Positions 13,638-26,600 of a stretch of DNA of 64,000 nucleotides are shown here, one piece after another (the first letter of the stretch is position 1; every line of letters starts with the position of its first letter). The stretch spans positions 524,018 to 588,017 of the forward strand of contig NMRA01000114.1 in assembly GCA_002633005.1 (NCBI GenBank). Direction: 5' to 3'. A program made the translations under genes and the position numbers. Source of the stretch: Phoronis australis. Lineage: Eukaryota; Animalia; Phoronida. The notes under the pieces are model-generated. The model was given only the letters and a program-made list of their open reading frames with translations, made no database searches and was not told where the DNA came from.

Positions 13638-16600
13638 ATGGAATTCAGTGCTATTAGAATACTTTCTATGGGCTTCTGCCGTCGATTTAGTGGATTTGGT
13701 TTCCATAATTCGTCGCTAACTCGGCAGTTTCAAGAAAGTTGTTTTTCGCGAAAAGTTCAGGAAGTGAAAAATGCGTCAGCCAAAACTAAAAGCCAAAGGC
13801 AAAGGACACTGATGCGGCCTCTGACGACTCCAGCCTGTTCCATGCCAGAAAAGTTACCGGAATATCTCGATGCTAGCGATGGCGTGACGGGGCAGACAAT
13901 TGCTTCATCATGTCGAATTTACAATGAATTTATAACAGAAGAAGAAGAGCAGAGTATTTTAGACGAAATTGAACCGTACATGAAAAGACTTCGCTATGAA
14001 TATGATCATTGGGACAATGTAAGAGTAGTCAACAGACATTTAAAATGTGGAATTAGTTTGACTTCTTATCAGGATATAGCATGTATAAAATAAGAAGGAC
14101 ATTCCATGACAGATCAATAGCTATAATAATAAATAATTGCCTTGTTGCACCCCAAACCGTTGCCTGTGCCAAACTGATTTTGCGCATTCAATTTGGCACG
14201 GGTTGGTGTGCCAAACTGATGCCTGCGCCAAAACTTAACTTACCTAAAGTTTCCAAGTTACTGTCAGTGGTTTATGGTTTTTTAACGTTTATCAGAACTG
14301 AAATTGACAATGAGCGCTCACGTATGTAGGTCATATGGATAAATCACATGGGCGATGTGTCCTGAGAAACTATTACTCACCTCCCTCATTGTCATCAATT
14401 TCAGTTCTGATAATCATTGAGAAACGCTATTAAACACTGACAGTAATTTGAAAATAGTTTGGCTCACTAACCCGCGCCAAATTGAAGTGCGCCAAATCAG
14501 TTTTGCCCAGGCATCAGTTTGGGCTGCTACAGCCTCCTATTCAGGATGAGATTACAAAGTCAGAGTTACAGCAACCTCGACTCTTGGGATGTTGTGGACA
14601 TGAATTCCTTGTTTGATCCAGACTTAGAGATCCCCCTTCAATACTTACTAAATCTGTGCATGTTAGGCTGGGGAGTTTGAGCCTTAATAAACCTGACCAA
14701 GGCCAGAAAGCCTGAGCTGCGATGCTATGAATATTTGCATTGAGCAGTATATGGTCTAGTGCTGCAGCACTCTCTGGTATTGAGTAATCCCTGGTATGTT
14801 TCTAAATTAGCGTATCCTTAAAGAAGAATACACAGCTACTATAACCTTGTTAGAGACACAGGCCATTCCGTGGTATAGTACGCGCCACAAGTAATCATAT
14901 AAAAAAGCATTTGAAGTCATTCAAGAAACTCTGATTTTGTATTCCACTTGTGCTCAAATATCGTATAAAGTAATTCGGCGTGCTTGCGTGTAGCCGTCAT
15001 GACGTGGAAATTCTGCTTGCTATTACTAGCCGCCATAACTGCGTGGCTATTTTGGTTCATTTTCTCTGATTATTTTTGGCATGTACTGTACCTCGTACTT
15101 TGTCAGTAAATATGTACAAGAATCGTCAGCACAAACCCATGGTATTTTGGTGATCGCTGTTTGGTTTCATTGCATTAAGCAGGGCAATTACCGCATCAAC
15201 AATGACTTCAATGGTAACCCCTTGAAGCGGGATAGATAATTGACCAGTTTATCAGTGTGTATGATTCTGGACTGCTGGGAACACTTAATAATAGACCAGA
15301 TTTGTATCTACATTAAAAATTCTCTCTGTTGGGAGATAACTGTAAACTTTAAACCAATCAGTCCTGATCACAATATTTAGGGCCTTGGAAAACCTGTTTT
15401 TCATTTTAGGCAATACAAGGATATCGGGAGACAGAAAGAAAAAACTGGACAGCAAAGAACAAGGCAATTTTTCAAAGAGTACGCGATGTGGCCTTCCCCA
15501 GTGGAATCCCTCAGTTGGCCTTCATACATGTTCTGGACGTAGCCAAAAATGGACACGTAAAACCTCATGTGGATAGTGTTCGGGTATTCAGTACTCTCAT
15601 TTTTGTGTGGTATTTTATTTTTCAATGTCAAAAGAACCTGTAAAGTTAATGATGATGTAAATCTATGTTGCTGTGTTTATGATACTAGAAGCTTAATTGA
15701 AACAGCTATAAATCCATCTTCGTTCACAAAAACTTAACTTTTGATTTAGACTACTATGGGACGTTTTGGTAATAAGGGTTTTGCGTGATTACCTGAATGT
15801 AAGCATTGCTTTGGGTAGGGCCTTGTTTCATTAGCGCCATCAAGTGTGCTTTTGACTGACTTGGGCATGTGCAAAAACACCAGAGGCCGATTTTTGTAGC
15901 TTGTGCTGTGAAGTGGTCGAATACGGTACATCATTTGACTTGCCACATCTTGGGGTCTTGCTTTTATTCTTGTAGACACCTTCAGTTTATGTCTTGTACA
16001 TCTCCTTTCAGTTCTGTGGTAATACTATAGCTGGACTCTGTCTGCTCTCGCCCTCTGTGATGAGACTAGTACACGTAGATGACAAGAATTCATATGGCGA
16101 CCTATTGTTGAATAGGAGGTGCTTGTACGTCATCAGGTAATATCTTTTTAAAGAAGCACAAAACTGAAGATACCATTGCTACCCTATGTAAAGCCAAAAC
16201 GAAAGCAATTCAAAACACTTATTTTACTACATCAGACATTGAAATATTACCCAAAATAATAATTTTCAGTTCTCGTTGATAAAATAGATTCACTAGGATT
16301 TTCTTTTTCACTGCAGAAATTATTCCGTATATAAAAAAGAACAGATAAATATCACTTACACTAAGAATTGTGGTGTAGCAAAAAAATTAACATACCACAA
16401 AAAATTCACACATCAGTGGAAATGTGACCATCGCAGAATAAAGAACTCATTTCAGAAATAAATATCACATGACAAGAAATGTGACCACTGAGAAGCACTT
16501 GACCAGGGAAATGATGATCTTATTTACTTGAAGCAAGATGGCTGAGCCAAATGCCGAATGTTTGAGTGGTGATCTGAGTTATATGGTGTCTACAACAGTC

Positions 16601-17508
16601 AATCACGTTGACGAATCACATTCTCCTAAACTGTCACCTACTCCTGACATGGTTAAATTTTTTATACATGATTTGGTCCTGGCGTAGTGTGGAATATTTC
16701 TGGTGAGTTATATGTAAGGGTATCAAGCATCCTGGTACATACTTTAGTGTGGTATGAACTGACAACAATGGTTTTGGTTGTTTCATCAGTTGACTTCTGC
16801 TTTACTTATTTTTGTTTGCTTGGTACTGAAGAAAGTCTGTACACTATACATTTGCCAGTTTTAACGTCTGTTCTTGCCAGAGTATCATTCTGAACAGTTG
16901 GATCTTTATGCAATAACTGAATTTTGACTTCCGAAGAATTTCGCCAATTTAGAACACATTATGGCGCACTAGTGAAACCTTAATTTTTTCCTTTTATATT
17001 ACCAATGAGTTGGAACAAATAAAAGCTTTTATCATTTTTTAAATTTCTGTGATGGTTATCAATTTTGGTAGTTATTTTTCGTCAGGTTTTATTGTATTTG
17101 TGCACAAAAGAAGACATGTCAACTGTTCAGTGTATGGTGAAGGGTGAACAAAAAATGAACTTACATTTTTTAAAATTAATCAAAAAATAATATTCATATA
17201 CTTCTGGAAAGAACTTTTAGCACACTGTCTTGTATTGTTACACTGAGTTCAGGTCTACCAAAATTGAAAAAATAATTGATTTATGTAAGATTAATTGAAA
17301 CTTTTGTAGGTTCATCCTGTACTAAATACGTGTGGTTTTATTTCTTTGATTTTCTTTCTTTTGTTTCAGTGGTGACTCAAGATATAAATATACTCATGAA
17401 ATACTACCAGAGAAAACATCAAAGTTCAAAGGTCATGTAATTCCCAGAGACAGACGTATTTCAATTATATGTAGAAACCAACCAGCTGAGGGTGACCCGA
17501 CTGAATAA
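13638..17508 (+). CDS. ALKBH7: Alpha-ketoglutarate-dependent dioxygenase AlkB homolog 7, mitochondrial
   Basis: Exons 13638-14018, 15410-15583, 16012-16136, 17370-17508 join in frame: R/S-rich leader, ..IEPYMKRLRYEYDHWDN|AIQGYRETE..HVLD..KPHVDSVR|FCGNTIAGLCLLS..|..RYKYTHEIL..PRDRRISIICRN. Fe-binding HxD..H and RxxxxxR motifs present. Confidence 0.95.
14143..14531. mobile_element. Non-autonomous DNA transposon (MITE) with subterminal GCCAAACTGA repeats
   Basis: TGTTGCACCCCAAAC..GTTTGGGCTGCTACA termini, internally palindromic; related copy at about 58096-58446. Confidence 0.7.
16511..16577 (+). ncRNA. Possible box C/D snoRNA-like sequence in ALKBH7 intron 3
   Basis: ATGATGA (16511), internal CTGA and terminal CTGA (16574) within 67 nt. 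Weak terminal stem; no rRNA target recognised. Confidence 0.2.
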
Positions 17509-18142
17509 GTCACATAACTGAGTAGGCGTCGGCACATCTTAATATGCCATCTACGCCAGAAGATTTTCTGCAAATTATACTTCATCTTGGCTTAAGTACC
17601 AAAATTACGTCGATATAAGTACCTTTCAAGCTTAGAGAGATAACTGTGAAGGCTGTAGATGTCTTTAAATACTTCCAATTCGGACAAATACTCCAGCAGT
17701 CAAGATTTTATCTGATAACCCTTCATTCGCCAACAAAATTACTAGCTTACTTCTGTTGCTTTCAATATGCTCAAGGTCAAACTGAAACCTTCAGAGGGTC
17801 ACGGAGAGATCACCTGTTTACCAGCTACACCTAGAAAATGCACTACAGATGGGGAACTTTGTACGATATAACTGATATGCTGTTATGGAAGAATCTAAAA
17901 CATGGTTCTCACTTTCAACATGAGTAATGTGTTTGTGGTTCTGGTATAATTTGAACAAGCTGAACATCAAGAGGATAAAGTTAGTCCATAAAAGCATACA
18001 TGGTTCTGGTCTCTACCCCTACTCATTTTGAGACCTGCACTTACCAAAAACAAGAGGCCAGAATTAACCATGCTTTTTTGTTTGGCCTTATGTGGGACTT
18101 TGTGACAAGTCTGTGTAGTTTGTCTAATTTCTACTGAACTGG

Positions 18143-18392
18143 GGACCGTTCCAACAAAACTGACTTAGCTAAGACAAATCTCAAATTTTAGTAAATTTTA
18201 AAATAAGACTTAAATTTCTCTCGATACTGTTTCAGGAAAGAGATCTTATGTTTGAATTAAGTATTCAATTGATAAAAGTTTTGTCTTAATTTTAACTATC
18301 TTACTGGATCTGGAAGTTTCAAAGTATGGAAGTTAAGACAAATCTTAGATTAAGTCAAAAATGAACTTAAGTCAGCTTCTTGGAATGGGTCC
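18143..18392. mobile_element. 250-bp MITE with CTGG target duplication
   Basis: TIRs GGACCGTTCCAACAAAACTGACTTA / TAAGTCAGCTTCTTGGAATGGGTCC. CTGG on both sides; empty site GAACTGGAT at about 19797-19805 in the other copy. Confidence 0.85.
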
Positions 18393-19044
18393 CTGGACTA
18401 TAAATGTTTACTTGGTAAACTTGAATGTTTTCTGAATGTACAAAAGCTGTAGAATTAGATTTTCAACTTTAGTCTGCCATTAATTGAATCACATGACCAT
18501 GTCTTTTGAATAAAGTTCAGCTAAAAAGACACATTCATAGAAAAACAACACAACTATCCATTACCTGGAAATTTTTTTTTGTTTTTACATAAATGTTCAG
18601 GATAAAATCTCAGAAACACTTTTACAGTTGTCTAAGTTATTTTGTTTTCATTTTTAGGCACATGACTTATAAATTGGGGTTACAGATCCCCCCCCCCCCN
18701 GAACAAATAAAAGCTTTTATCATTTTTTAAATTTCTGTGATGGTTATCAATTTTGGTAGTTATTTTTCGTCAGGTTTTATTGTATTTGTGCACAAAAGAA
18801 GACATGTCAACTGTTCAGTGTATGGTGAAGGGTGAACAAAAAATGAACTTATATTTTTTAAAATTAATCAAAAAATAATATTCATAATTATACTTCTGGA
18901 AAGAACTTTTAGCGCACTGTCTTGTTTTGTTACCAAAATTGAAAAAATAATTGATTTATGTAAGATTAATTGAAACTTTTGTAGGTTCATCCTGTACTAA
19001 ATACGTGTGGTTTTATTTCTTTGATTTTCTTTCTTTTGTTTCAG

Positions 19045-19183
19045 TGGTGACTCAAGATATAGATATACACATGAAATACTACCCGAGGAAACATCAAAGT
19101 TCAAAGGTCAAGTAATTCCCAGAGACAGACGTATTTCAATTATATGTAGAAACCAACCAGCTGAGGGTGACCCGACTGAATAA
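19045..19183 (+). CDS. ALKBH7: Second copy of ALKBH7 terminal exon (probable allele)
   Basis: Intact acceptor and stop; K>R, K>E and H>Q plus synonymous changes relative to 17370-17508. Confidence 0.7.
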
Positions 19184-21285
19184 GTCACATAACTGAGTAG
19201 GCGTCGGCACATCTTAATATGCCATCTACGCCGGAAGATTTTCTGCAAATTACACTTCATCTTGGCTCAAGTACCAAAATTATGTCAATATAAGTACCTT
19301 TCAAGCTTAGAGAGATAACTGTGAAGGCTGTAGATGTCTTTAAATACTTCCAATTCGGACAAATACTCCAGCAGTCAAGATTTTATCTGATAACCCTTCA
19401 TTCGCCAACAAAATTACTAGCTCAGTTCTGCTGCTTTCAATATGCTCAAGATCAAACAGAAACCTACAGAGGGTTACGGAGAGATCACCTGTTTTCCAGC
19501 TACACCTAGACAATGCACTACAGATGGGAAACTGATATGCTGTTATGGAAGAATCTAAAACATGGTTCTCACTTTCAACATGAGTTGTGTGTTTGTGGTT
19601 CTGGTATAATTTGAACGAGATGAATTTCTAAGAGGATAAAGTTAGTCCATAAAAGCATACATGGTTCTGGTCTCTACCCCTACTCATTTTGAGACCTGCA
19701 CTTACCAAAAACAAGAGGCCAGAATTAACCATGCTTTTATGTTTGGCCTTATGTGGGACTTTATGACAAGTCGGTGTAGTTTGTCTAATTTCTACTGAAC
19801 TGGATTGTAAATGTTTACTAGGTAAACTTGAATGTTTTCTGAATGTACAAAAGCTGTAGAATTAGATTTTCAACTTTAGTCTGCCATTAATTGAGTCACA
19901 TGTTTTTACATAAATGTTCAGTATAAAATCTCAAAACCACTTTTACAGTTTTCTAAGTTATTTCGTTTTCATTTTAGGCACATGACTTAAAAATTGGAGT
20001 TTACAGATCCCCCCCATTTACCTGATACCTTACAGACATTGCCTTGCCATACCCTTTGTGTTTTCAAGGCAATAAACCTAATCTGATGGAAATAGTTATA
20101 GGGGCCCTACTTTCTAACAAAGGGGTAGTTGATATACCCTCATTAATACCTTGCTAACACCAGAATTCCTTTGATGTTCTAAGAGACCTCTCCGCCTGGT
20201 AAAGCATCTTGTCTACCCTAGTCCTGCTGTAGCAAGGACTCTGTAGACGCTATTCTCATGTCGTGCAAATATTGAGTTTGGTCATCACTAAAATTTATTA
20301 AATTCCTATTTTTTAATATCCACTCCTGCAAAAGTGTAGGATTTTAAAAGCAATTCCTAACAGTTATCTGAATGTTACATACGAATCTGATCAGCTACCT
20401 CTGAGATATGATGTTCCCAATTTAGGCAAAATCTGAACCTTTTTCTAGGATCCTACATATAATGATCTCTAGGACAATGTCATTGAGCCATGATATTGAA
20501 GGAAAATTTGTTACATTCAAGTGGTGATGTATTTATTTGTTCTGTGTAAATGTGTAATTAAGACTGGTGACATTCAAAATTTTGTTCATGTTATGCTATG
20601 TACCAGGTCTTTAAAGCTTATTAATAAAGGACTTTAAATCTATTGATTTCATTGCCAGGTAACATAATGACATCTGAATGTAGCATCCTTTTCAGTTTAG
20701 AGTGACACTCAGCTGAATGAAATAAGCAGTTGGAGTCTGCGCTCAGTGTTATGACTGGGAGTTATATAATGTAGAACTCCTCATGTAATTAAGAACCCGA
20801 ACTGGTCTGCCAAGAATTAGTACTCCATGCAGGGCTGGGTGGTACAGCGGCGAGTTAGCAATGCCAATGAACGAAGGAACGAACAAAAACGATGTCATAT
20901 AGGTCCTACAGAAGATCAAATGCAGTATGATCCTATCACGGCACATCAAAATTATTTTTTTAGGTGTTAACGTCAAGATTTGAATTAAAGTTTCGCTGCT
21001 GTTGCTCGAATATGATGCAGAAAGTGTGGGATATCGAAACAACTTAGCTACTAAAAAGTGTGCTTTCGTAATTTTTAAGGTAACACGTACGTACCCGGTA
21101 CTGGTATTTAGTAGGCTATATCAAAGAAAAGTGGTCGTCCGAGTTAACGCACTGCTTGATTAAAATAATTAAACACGCCAAACTTGAATTTTCAAAATTT
21201 TCACTTTTGACGCCAATATTCTCAATATGTTGTACACCAGCTTAAGATGCGTCCATTAGTTTCGCGTAGGCCCTTTGTGAATGCA

Positions 21286-22348
21286 TTGTGCAGGCCCAAA
21301 TTGTCACAAAGTCCCAAATTGTCACGACTTTAAAATTGGGACAGTTTTGGTAAGGGGTGCAGGCCCAACTTTGTCACACTTTTTGCTTGTGACCTGGGCC
21401 TGTATACGCGCAACCTTAACCACACAAAGCAGAAAGTATTCCTAGGACGAGAGCCTGTGGGCCGTATACGGTTGGGGTTTTATTTCTGTGGTAAAAATGT
21501 TTTGTGCATGGTAAGTTTTTGGTGTGTGGTAAGGGTGCGCTGCTGTGGAGTGGGTTCCATCCCCGCATTGCTATATGCTGTTCGCAATTGAACCTGAGTT
21601 TTCAAGGAGTACTGTCTAGTTCAACTCTCAAAAAGTGTATCCAAAAGAAAAACTGTAGCACCATGACAATTTATAAGAAACTTGTTCCACACACTGGCTG
21701 ACTGGCAGTGACATTTTCAGACAACCAACTCCTGCAGTTGTTGGGGTATAATTGAGCATACAAAGATCACGAAAGAGAGAGAGTTTTTACCGTAAGGGTA
21801 CACATGTATACACACATGAATGTAAAACAAAGTTTTTGTTCTTGAAAGCTCCCCGCATTTCCGTAGTATTGAAAACGAAATTATGTAATTATTTAAATAG
21901 ATACTTTTCCGGCAACCACCATGGGGACATGCAAAGATATGGTATACACTGCTCCAAGCATGCATAATATCGACAGCGAGTCTTTGGTGTACAATTTTGA
22001 CGCTATACCATTTTAGGAACACAACAAAAATTGATGAAGCTAGGGAAATTCTGGGGCTATGCCTTTTACCTTATGTGAAACGCCGCTAAGAACAGTGTGA
22101 CTCTTTCACTGATGCCGTCGTTTTTGGTTCTGCACCAGCGGCTGAACTTCAACTCGAACTCTAAAATCACGCGAGTTACCCACTAGTCTTCTCAGAAACG
22201 AAATATTGTCAGGGATTTATGTATTGAAATTTTGGATGAGCAACAAAATCGTGCATTTTATCATACGTATAGGCTAAAACGGTGTAATTTTGGTTTTGGT
22301 AATCCGTAACTATTTGGACGTTGTACTCGGCAATTTGGGCCTGCACAA
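21286..22348. mobile_element. About 1.06-kb non-autonomous DNA transposon
   Basis: Perfect 18-bp inverted repeat TTGTGCAGGCCCAAATTG / CAATTTGGGCCTGCACAA, subterminal repeats of the same motif at 21300-21405, no transposase ORF. Confidence 0.65.
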
Positions 22349-23612
22349 CGTATCTATATAGCTCGGAGAATTTCGGCCACAAAAATCTATACAATTTGCT
22401 TTACCAGCTTCAGTCACGCCAGTGAAATGTTTACATTTCGGAGCCGTTTTGTGTTGTAGGTGCGGAACGACTCAAGGCAGCATAATTTCTCCAATTTGAA
22501 AGCTTATTCACTACTTGCACACTTCAGCGGCGCCACTGTCGACCCGATTGAAACCGTAACCTACCTCCCAGGTCGGAAATTTGTTTTCCAAATCCGGCAA
22601 ACTTGAAACTGCTGAAGAACACAATTCAGTCTCCCGTCAATCAAAATGTTTTTTTTTTTGTTGTTGTTGTTCCACACCAGGCCTTTTTGTTTTTCAATTG
22701 TTATGCCCTTATGTAAGAAGTCGATAATTTCTTTTCCAGCAATCAATTAAGATATGTCATGTAGAAGACGTGATCACCGATTTGCAAGTCATACAACTTG
22801 GCAATCATAATGTGCTTTAGAAACTAGACTTCCCTCATATTCACTCTAAACTTCATTGTTTCCATTGAAACAACAGTTAAACCATTTTATTGGTGAGTTG
22901 TACATCATTTTTACACTGATTCAGCGACTGACAAATAATAAACCACAACTTTCATGGGAATTTACGGCCATATTTTTTAATTTTGGGGGATTTATCTTGC
23001 TGAACATTTTTTTGTTAGTTCGATATTGTCTATTTCCATTCTATTTGCGTTATCAATCCTTGAACAATTACTCATTACATAGACTATATTAGCATGCACA
23101 AAGCTTTACATAATTGTTCTCCCGATAGCTCTGCTAGGAAAAATGTTCCATGGTGAATTTTTCATGACTCGGACAGAGGTCAGTACTCATCAAAAATAGG
23201 ACTTTTTATAATTTATAAAACTGTAAAGCGTTTGTGACAATTTCTACCGAACAATTATATCATACGAATTTTTTCATGTTATTGATCCTGCTGTTTTGCT
23301 ATGAATGGTTGCTCAGGCTAAATTTCCCTGAAAAAGCAAGGTCATGTGACCTAATAAGTAGCACATTGACATTGACATAAAGTCAAAAAGGAAAGTCTAC
23401 AAATTGTACGCTTTCAGAAAAGATATATTTTACCTGAGTTAAGCTCTACAGTTTTGAAGAAATTTGGCTAAATGTACAATAAGACTTGCCGATACGCAAC
23501 ACACCTGTGACAACCACAGATCACTTTGCAGGTCTTGGACCGTATTATCTCCCTTGATGGAAGCGGAATCAAACGACAACACGGCGGAAAAGAACGGAGA
23601 AAGAAAGCCAAG

Positions 23613-26600
23613 ATGGCGGACAAGAGTCGAGTTGTTGTGGAACTTGAAAAGTTCAGGAAAGCAAAAGACAAACTGTCAAAATATCAGCGCCATGATATTT
23701 ACAGAGGTAGTGCTTTTCCGCCTATGACTATAGAACCGTTTCCACATGAAAGGCAAAGGCTTGCGGGCATGACAGACGCAGATCGGGCCCTGAGGAAACA
23801 GTGGCTAGCCGACCAAGTTTTGAGTCCAAACGAACCTCGGTATATCCCTGAGGTTGATCCGCAGAATGTCTTCAGGCGAGCAATTAGATATCCGTGGGAT
23901 GTGCTGTTCAAGAGTTTAGTTCCAGCTTTAGTAAGTATCCAGGTTGTCATCTCGTTGTGTTGCCTTCCGAAATCTGTCTCGCCTCTTGAGACTGAGTCTC
24001 CGAGTGAGACGTCAGCTGCCTTTGGCTTTGGCTTGCTTTGGCGTTCAGCTGTAAATTTAGGGCTTTTGTCAGTTTTGGAGAATTACATATATCTGTACAT
24101 CAATGTACAGTAAATGTCATCCGAACTGTGCTACAGTTTGGAGTCCCGCACAAAATAGGGGACCTCATCTCATTCCAACATCTTTTCAAAGGTTTGCCAA
24201 TTTAGGAAAATTAGGAAGGCGATCTATTAAGCAGCTGCAGCTTTGGGCCTCACTTGAAATAGGGCCCTGCCTAGTCTTGGGGACATCTCGCACAAAATAG
24301 GGGACCTCATCTCATTCCAACATCTTTTCAAAGGTTTGCCAATAGGAAAATTAGGAAAGCGATCTATTAAGCAGCTGCAGCTTAGGGTCTCACTTGAAAT
24401 AGGGCCCTGCCTAGTCTTGGGGACATCTCAAAAGTCTAGGTGATTGGGGAGGCCCTCAGTTGGAAAATTGTAGTACCCAGCAGGGGAGTGTTTATTGAGT
24501 TTGGGCTGTGATAGTTTGGCATAAGCGGTAAGAACAAGGGAGAAATTTTTACTAGTAGTACTACAAGTAGGGGGCCCCGAGTCTTTCTATGCATTGGGGG
24601 CTCGTTAATTAAGAACCAGGCTAGAATCCAGGGATGTGGAGCACTCACCTCTTATTGACATTGATTTATTCTTCCTTAATTTGTTGAAAACATGATTAAA
24701 CTTTTTGTTTGATAGCTTGATACAGTCACTTATAGTGTTGAAACAATCTCCTTTCTTCAGGTGTGCAGCTATGTAGAAAAACTCCGAGAGACAAAACTAA
24801 CAAACAAATCAAAACACTAGCTATATTTCGAGACTGCATGTCTTGTCATCAGACAATAAGTAGAACGACGACTCTGTATTAAGCTTTCAAACAAAAAGAT
24901 TAGTTGTGTTTTCAACGAAGTTTGTGTTAATGATGGGATGCTACTGAACTATACTGATTTCCTTAATTATAGGTGTGTGTCAAAATCTTATTTTTTTCAG
25001 TCAAAATTGAATGGATGAAATGAAATTCATGGAGGACCTTGTTCTCAATGTCATGGGACTTATTTTTCTAAAATTCTAAAAGCTAAGTTTTTATTCTTGT
25101 GACCATGATGTTTGATGGCAATCCACTGAATGTTCACTTGTCTGATTACAGGGCTTCAAACGTGCTGCCATCTATAGGGCTATCATCCCTAAGATGGTTG
25201 CTGGCGTCGCCGTAACATACCTAATAGCGTACCACCTCCGCCACGCTCCGAACACATGGGAGACAAACTCTGGATGGAATATCACGATGACGAAGAAACC
25301 AGTATTCAGTCGAGTACGTAGTGGACTGCAATATTTTCACTGCTATTTCAGAACATGCACTGTTGTGAATGGGAGGCAGGGGGACCCACATGAATGGGGG
25401 GAGGGGTAGTAGGGTGTAAGTATTGGCAGTTGTGTACTCATGTGAATCGTTTCCTTACATGTGTTCATCCGTTTATACCTTGGGTTTGTGAAATAAGCAC
25501 CTTGGCAACTCACGACAACACTGCATGGAATTTAAACAAGCGTTTCAAATTGCAAACAATAGTTTCATAGTTTGATCATTATTGAATGGCATTCAACTCT
25601 GGCTGTGGCATTATAGAGAATGGGTGTACATTGATTAAAGATTTTGTTTTCATTTTAAATGAGTTGGAACATTTGAGCAAAGGGAATAATTTTAAAACAG
25701 TCTACTGGTACATTTTTTGTAATTTGGAAATCTTTTTTCACTGTTGCAAACTTAACTGTGTTTGGTTAGGATATCTGTACTTTTTTTATTTACAGCGGTA
25801 ATATGTTATTGTAACTGACCTTATCAATTGCTAGTTTCAACAAACGCCATTAAGCTGCGCCCACCATAATTACCTTTATGAGGTCTTACAGGTGTAAAGC
25901 AAATATGGAAAAAATCCCCTCTACACCTACTACAATAACAAATTCTTTTTGATGTGTTTCCAATCCCAGTGATATTTCAATGGCACTTTTACCAGCATGG
26001 CACTACACAGTCCACTTGTCTTTGAGCCCATTCATAGATAGCACTAACCCATTCATATCAACGGAGGTTCATTCAGTTGCTAGATCCGTTCAAAGTGTTT
26101 GTTCATCTGATCGTGAGGTATACTGCATGCTATTGTAACCCACTATCAATTTTTCATGTTCGCCATCTGTAATAGTTCTAAAACCATTGGTCAAAAGGAA
26201 AACCCATCATTCTGCTTTTGCTGGCAACAAATGTTTGCGCGTCAAGTTGTAGGACGACTGAACTGGTTACATTTTTCCCTGTGCCNNNNNNNNNNNNNNN
26301 NNNNNNNNNNNNNNNNNNNNNNNNNNNNNNNNNNNNNNNNNNNNNNNNNNNNNNNNNNNNNNNNNNNNNNNNNNNNNNNNNNNNNNNNNNNNNNNNNNNN
26401 NNNNNNNNNNNNNNNNNNNNNNNNNNNNNNNNNNNNNNNNNNNNNNNNNNNNNNNNNNNNNNNNNNNNNNNNNNNNNNNNNNNNNNNNNNNNNNNNNNNN
26501 NNNNNNNNNNNNNNNNNNNNNNNNNNNNNNNNNNNNNNNNNNNNNNNNNNNNNNNNNNNNNNNNNNNNNNNNNNNNNNNNNNNNNNNNNNNNNNNNNNNN

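Larger units (their letters stand above)
17013..20014. repeat. Tandem near-identical blocks about 17013-18699 and 18701-20014 joined at a single N
   Basis: Both contain the ALKBH7 last exon and 3'UTR; they differ by SNPs, indels and one MITE. Confidence 0.85.
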
